A DNA stretch of 64,000 nt from Octopus sinensis (taxonomy: Eukaryota), in contig NC_043000.1 in assembly GCF_006345805.1 (NCBI RefSeq), positions 67,890,001 through 67,954,000 of the forward strand. The letters run 5' to 3'. This document shows, piece by piece, positions 60,191-64,000 of this stretch; the stretch's first letter is position 1, and each line of letters starts with the position of its first letter. The notes below the pieces were generated by a model that was given only the letters and a program-made list of their open reading frames with translations, ran no database searches and was not told where the DNA came from. The position numbers and the translations under genes are program-made.

Positions 60191-62768
60191 CAATCTCATG
60201 GGTGTAATTTTACATGATTTAGAATTCTTTTTGGCGTAATGCATTAAATATGTTAGCCCACAGTCAGAAAGTTGTAGATGAATAATTACTCTTACAATAG
60301 TTACTAGAAGATAAGCAGTGAATTTGAGAGAATAATTTTAGTGTTAGAGCTCAATCCTTTATCCTTTTACCATAATTCTGGAGGTGATAATACAAAGACT
60401 AGAGAGAATCAAAGATGACTTTTAGATGAAGTAGGTCCATCAGAGTTGCAAATATTACAAACATATCCTATCCTATCCTATCTTCAAAATTTCAATATGC
60501 TGGTAACCTAATTCATATTAGTTAAAGAGTTGTTGAAAATGTTCCAGGCTTGGAAGAATGATTGATAGTTAAATAGCCTTAAGGTCAATATGCAAAAAAT
60601 TAATTAGTGATAGGACAAAATTTTGCTTGATATGTAGCAAGGGAGAAGGTAGGATGTGATAACTCTCTACCAGACATGGGTAACTTTTTCCAAAAGCAGG
60701 CATCATGAGATGTGGCTCATCATCAGGTGAGCTTCACTACTTCATTAACTTTTCATTAGGCTTGCCATCAGAAGGTCCTGTGGACTGCAGGGTGCCCATA
60801 ACTGCTTTATATGCTATGTTAACATTGAGCACTCTATAATGTAGTAGGATTTCTGATGTTAAAGAACCAGAACTTCTGTTGTAATAAATGTTGGGCAATA
60901 GGTAAATGAGATTCATAATCTGTGTAGATGGTTTGTTGGATATAGATAGCTTGTTTTCTCTGAATGAAAGTGTAATGCCTGGAGTAAGAACTGCATGGAA
61001 GAAATTAACTCTATATGCAAAAGAATGTAGGAATATGGTACTATAGGAGTAAGATATTAACATCAAATACAGATCTGTAGAGCAAGAGAAAAACGAATTT
61101 CATATGATTTGATTGCTATATGTTAATTTACATGAAAGGCAGGGCACGCTAAGTATTAATGACAAGGTGATATAGATGAGTGTTGAAGAGTAATATGGGC
61201 TTGTATAGTGAAGTCATCATGATTGATAGGTAAAAATTGTATATTGATAAAGATATTTATGAGAATCATGGCCAGTGCTTCACAATAGATGCTATAGAAA
61301 CTGAATGAAACTGCACTACAAATCAATCTGACTTCTGCCAACATGGAATAAATCATAAGTTTTAATAGAGATAAGGGATTTTATTTATAAGATTTTTTGC
61401 AAAAATAACTGGGAATTATTTCAAATTGATTTTCATTCACTATTTGAGTAAATTAAAATATTTCTGAAATTTTAACCTTTTTCATGTTTATTTACATTTT
61501 GTCAACCCAAGGTTTTAGTAGAAGGCACTTGCTCAAGGTACTATACATTGAAACTGAATTTCAAACTATGTGGTTGGGAAACCAGCTTCCTACCACGCAG
61601 CCATGCCTACTGCTAGACAGCCACTGCTGATGTGTTTACATCCCCTTAACTTAGCAGTTTGCCAAATGAGTCTGATAGAATAAGTATCAAGCTTTAAAAA
61701 ATAAATACTGGGATTGGTTGATTTGACTAAAAATTTTCCAAGCTAGTGCCTCAGCATGGCCACAGTCTAATGACTGATACAAGAAGGTAAAAGTATATTT
61801 GTAAATTATGTCCCATATCTGCATTTATCAAGACACTTGTTGATTAGCTGTGATCAACAGATGCATTGTTCAGTTGGTAGTCCTGAGTAATAGTGGTTGT
61901 GTGCTGTTGGAAGTGGTGGGATGTAATGCAGTGGCCTTTATTAATGGTTGTATGACAGGTTTCCCAGAATCTGTTTTGCTGACATCTATCCAAGGCAGCG
62001 TGCAGTGTTATTTTTTATTTATTTTTTTTGAAGATGGTAGGGTTTTGCAAGAGATTTTACAGTTGTTTCTAGGAAGTCTCATGACCACATAGAAGCCTGT
62101 CATTGACCTGAGTATATCTAAGTCTCTCAGCTAGGTCTGTATACAAAGTATTATACATGTTGAAATATTTTTTTCCTGCTTTCATTAATTGCTATTTGTA
62201 CATACCTTTTCTCTTATTAACTCTAAATCTTTTTCTTTTAAACCTCTTTGGTATAAACATAGATTTAACATACTGGTAGATTCCTTCCTGAAGTTTTTTA
62301 ATCATTTTAATTTCTGATCAGAATGGCATCATTTGACTGGTTTAAAAAAATGCTTGCTGCAGACTTGCACTACAGAATTCTAATTTTACTCCATAGAAAC
62401 ATCAATATGTACAACAGAATTACTTCGATACTTGCTGATTTTGTCAGTCAGTACTCCTGAAATAGGACTTATTTCAAATGCAATGATACAGATTTTAGTA
62501 TTGTATCAGAATGTTCATTTACTAAGTCTTCCTATAATCAGTGACTTATTTTTTAAAGTTATAACTGGTTATTATTTATAGGAACAGTTTGCAAAACGTT
62601 TTTAAAATGACTGGAAAACACTCACCAGTGATAACAGAATTTATTTAGGTGAAGTGAACAAGATTTTTTTAAAAAGTAGGGCTTTGTAGTAGATGCAAAT
62701 GAAGACTGTATGATTTAAGTGTAATGTTAACAATTATAACAATTTTCCTTTACGGCTTATTTTTTTAG

Positions 62769-62852
62769 GTAAGGGAGGTAAAAACAGAAGGCGAGGTAAA
62801 AACGAAAGTGAGGATGTGAAAAGAGAACTTGTTTTCAAAGAAGATGGTCAAG
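62769..62852 (+). CDS. EIF1A: Eukaryotic translation initiation factor 1A, coding exon 2
   Basis: ttttttag|GT AAG GGA GGT AAA AAC AGA AGG CGA GGT AAA AAC GAA ... GAT GGT CAA G|gtatgt = [28 protein letters not shown]; 84 nt, in frame with exon 1. Confidence 0.95.
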
Positions 62853-63626
62853 GTATGTAATTTATCTATGTATTTCAGAGCTCCATTACTTCTTAAATAC
62901 TCTTTTTATTAGGAAAAAGAAAATAATGCTAAAGATAGCTGTGAAAATGTTTCACTATTCAAATAATTTAGTTTGTTTTTTTCACAAATGTATTTCAATA
63001 GTAAACATATTTTTAATATTACTACCATTTTAATCCCTTTCTTTCCTACACCATTATAGATTGTAAGAACCATCTTGCTTGGGATTCTGGGTGTATAACC
63101 AGTGTTTATCTTTGGCCATTGATGTAAAAAATTAAAATAATGTTAAACCAATCCATGCTGGTGGGACTAGGTGTGGTTTGAAATGCAACATTTTGAAATG
63201 ATATCCTATTGGCAAGTGATAATGGGAAGGCGAAGATTTAACTGAATGAATATTTGTGTGTTTGTCCCTACCAGTAAGTAATTGATATTTTATCCATTCA
63301 AGACATGTCTTGAAGTAGAGTAATATAGAAAATAAATAAATCTGCTTCAAGATAAGGTGGCCAACTGTTTCTAGACTTCATTGGATAATTAGTATTTTCC
63401 AACATGATCATTGCCTACCAACTGGCTGGTACCAATGAAATTTTAAGTTATATTTCACAGTTGTCAAAATAAATTGTTCTATAAACAAAAATTGGTTTAC
63501 ACAAAGGTAATACTACTTATCTATTCTGCATGATTAACAAATATTTTCTGTGTGAAAGCATATTTAACACTGGAATTATTATACTTAAAGTATATTTATC
63601 ATTCCTACAAATTAATTTTGGGCTTG

Positions 63627-64000
63627 TGACCAAGTCAGCAGCGGGGGCGGGTGTGCTGAAAGTGTAACTGCTAGAGTAAGAATAGCTTGGGCAAAGTTCA
63701 GAGAGCTCTTACCTCTGCTGGTGACAAAAGCCTCTCGCACAGAGTGAAAGGCAGACTGTATGATGCGTGTGTACGAACAGCCATGCTACATGGCAGTGAA
63801 ACATGGGCCGTGACTGCTGAGGATATGCATAAGCTCGCTAGAAATGAAGCCAGTATGCTCCGATGGATGTGTAATGCCGGTACTCACACTCGGCAGAGTG
63901 TAAGTACCTTGAGAGAAAAGCTGGACCTAAGAAGCATCAGTTGTGGTGTGCAAGAGAGACGTTTGCGCTGGTATGGTCATGTGGCGAGAATGGATGAAGA
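63627..64000 (+). mobile_element. 5'-truncated RTE-LINE fragment running off the window
   Basis: DQVSSGGGCAESVTARVRIAWAKFRELLPLL; RLYDACVRTAMLHGSETW; RLRWYGHVARMDE. Confidence 0.85.

Noticed and set aside
60737-61356. 109-aa and 66-aa minus-strand ORFs in eIF1A intron 1
   Set aside because: No recognisable domain; probably decayed repeat sequence.

Overview
AT-rich, repeat-dense eukaryotic (animal) genomic DNA. The SINE and RTE-LINE families look like those of Octopus (recognised from memory, no database search run). There are no rRNA genes, true tRNA genes or CRISPR arrays. Host-gene content: (i) an intronless, divergent cyclin A/B-like ORF (4243-5049, +); (ii) the first two coding exons of eIF1A (52658-52673 and 62769-62852, +; the gene continues past the window); (iii) an intact but catalytically dead mariner (D,D34D) transposase exon (30685-31769, +) with a splice acceptor and no TIRs. 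Best candidate for a novel system: 12 kb upstream of the mariner exon lies a second copy of the eIF1A 5'UTR and 16-nt first coding exon (18226-18333, MPKMK-G|gt). It splices in frame onto the transposase exon, suggesting a chimeric domesticated-transposase gene driven by a duplicated eIF1A promoter/first exon. The rest is layered TE debris: Penelope-like elements with hammerhead motifs, Tx1, CRE, RTE and CR1 LINEs, tRNA-SINEs, hAT, Tc1/mariner and piggyBac-type elements, Helitrons, and a young CsRn1-type Gypsy element with apparently identical LTRs. There are also several long fold-back palindromes, including a head-to-head tRNA-head/hammerhead dimer with a 9-bp TSD. Boundaries of degraded repeats are approximate; exon, LTR, TSD and TIR coordinates were counted by hand.
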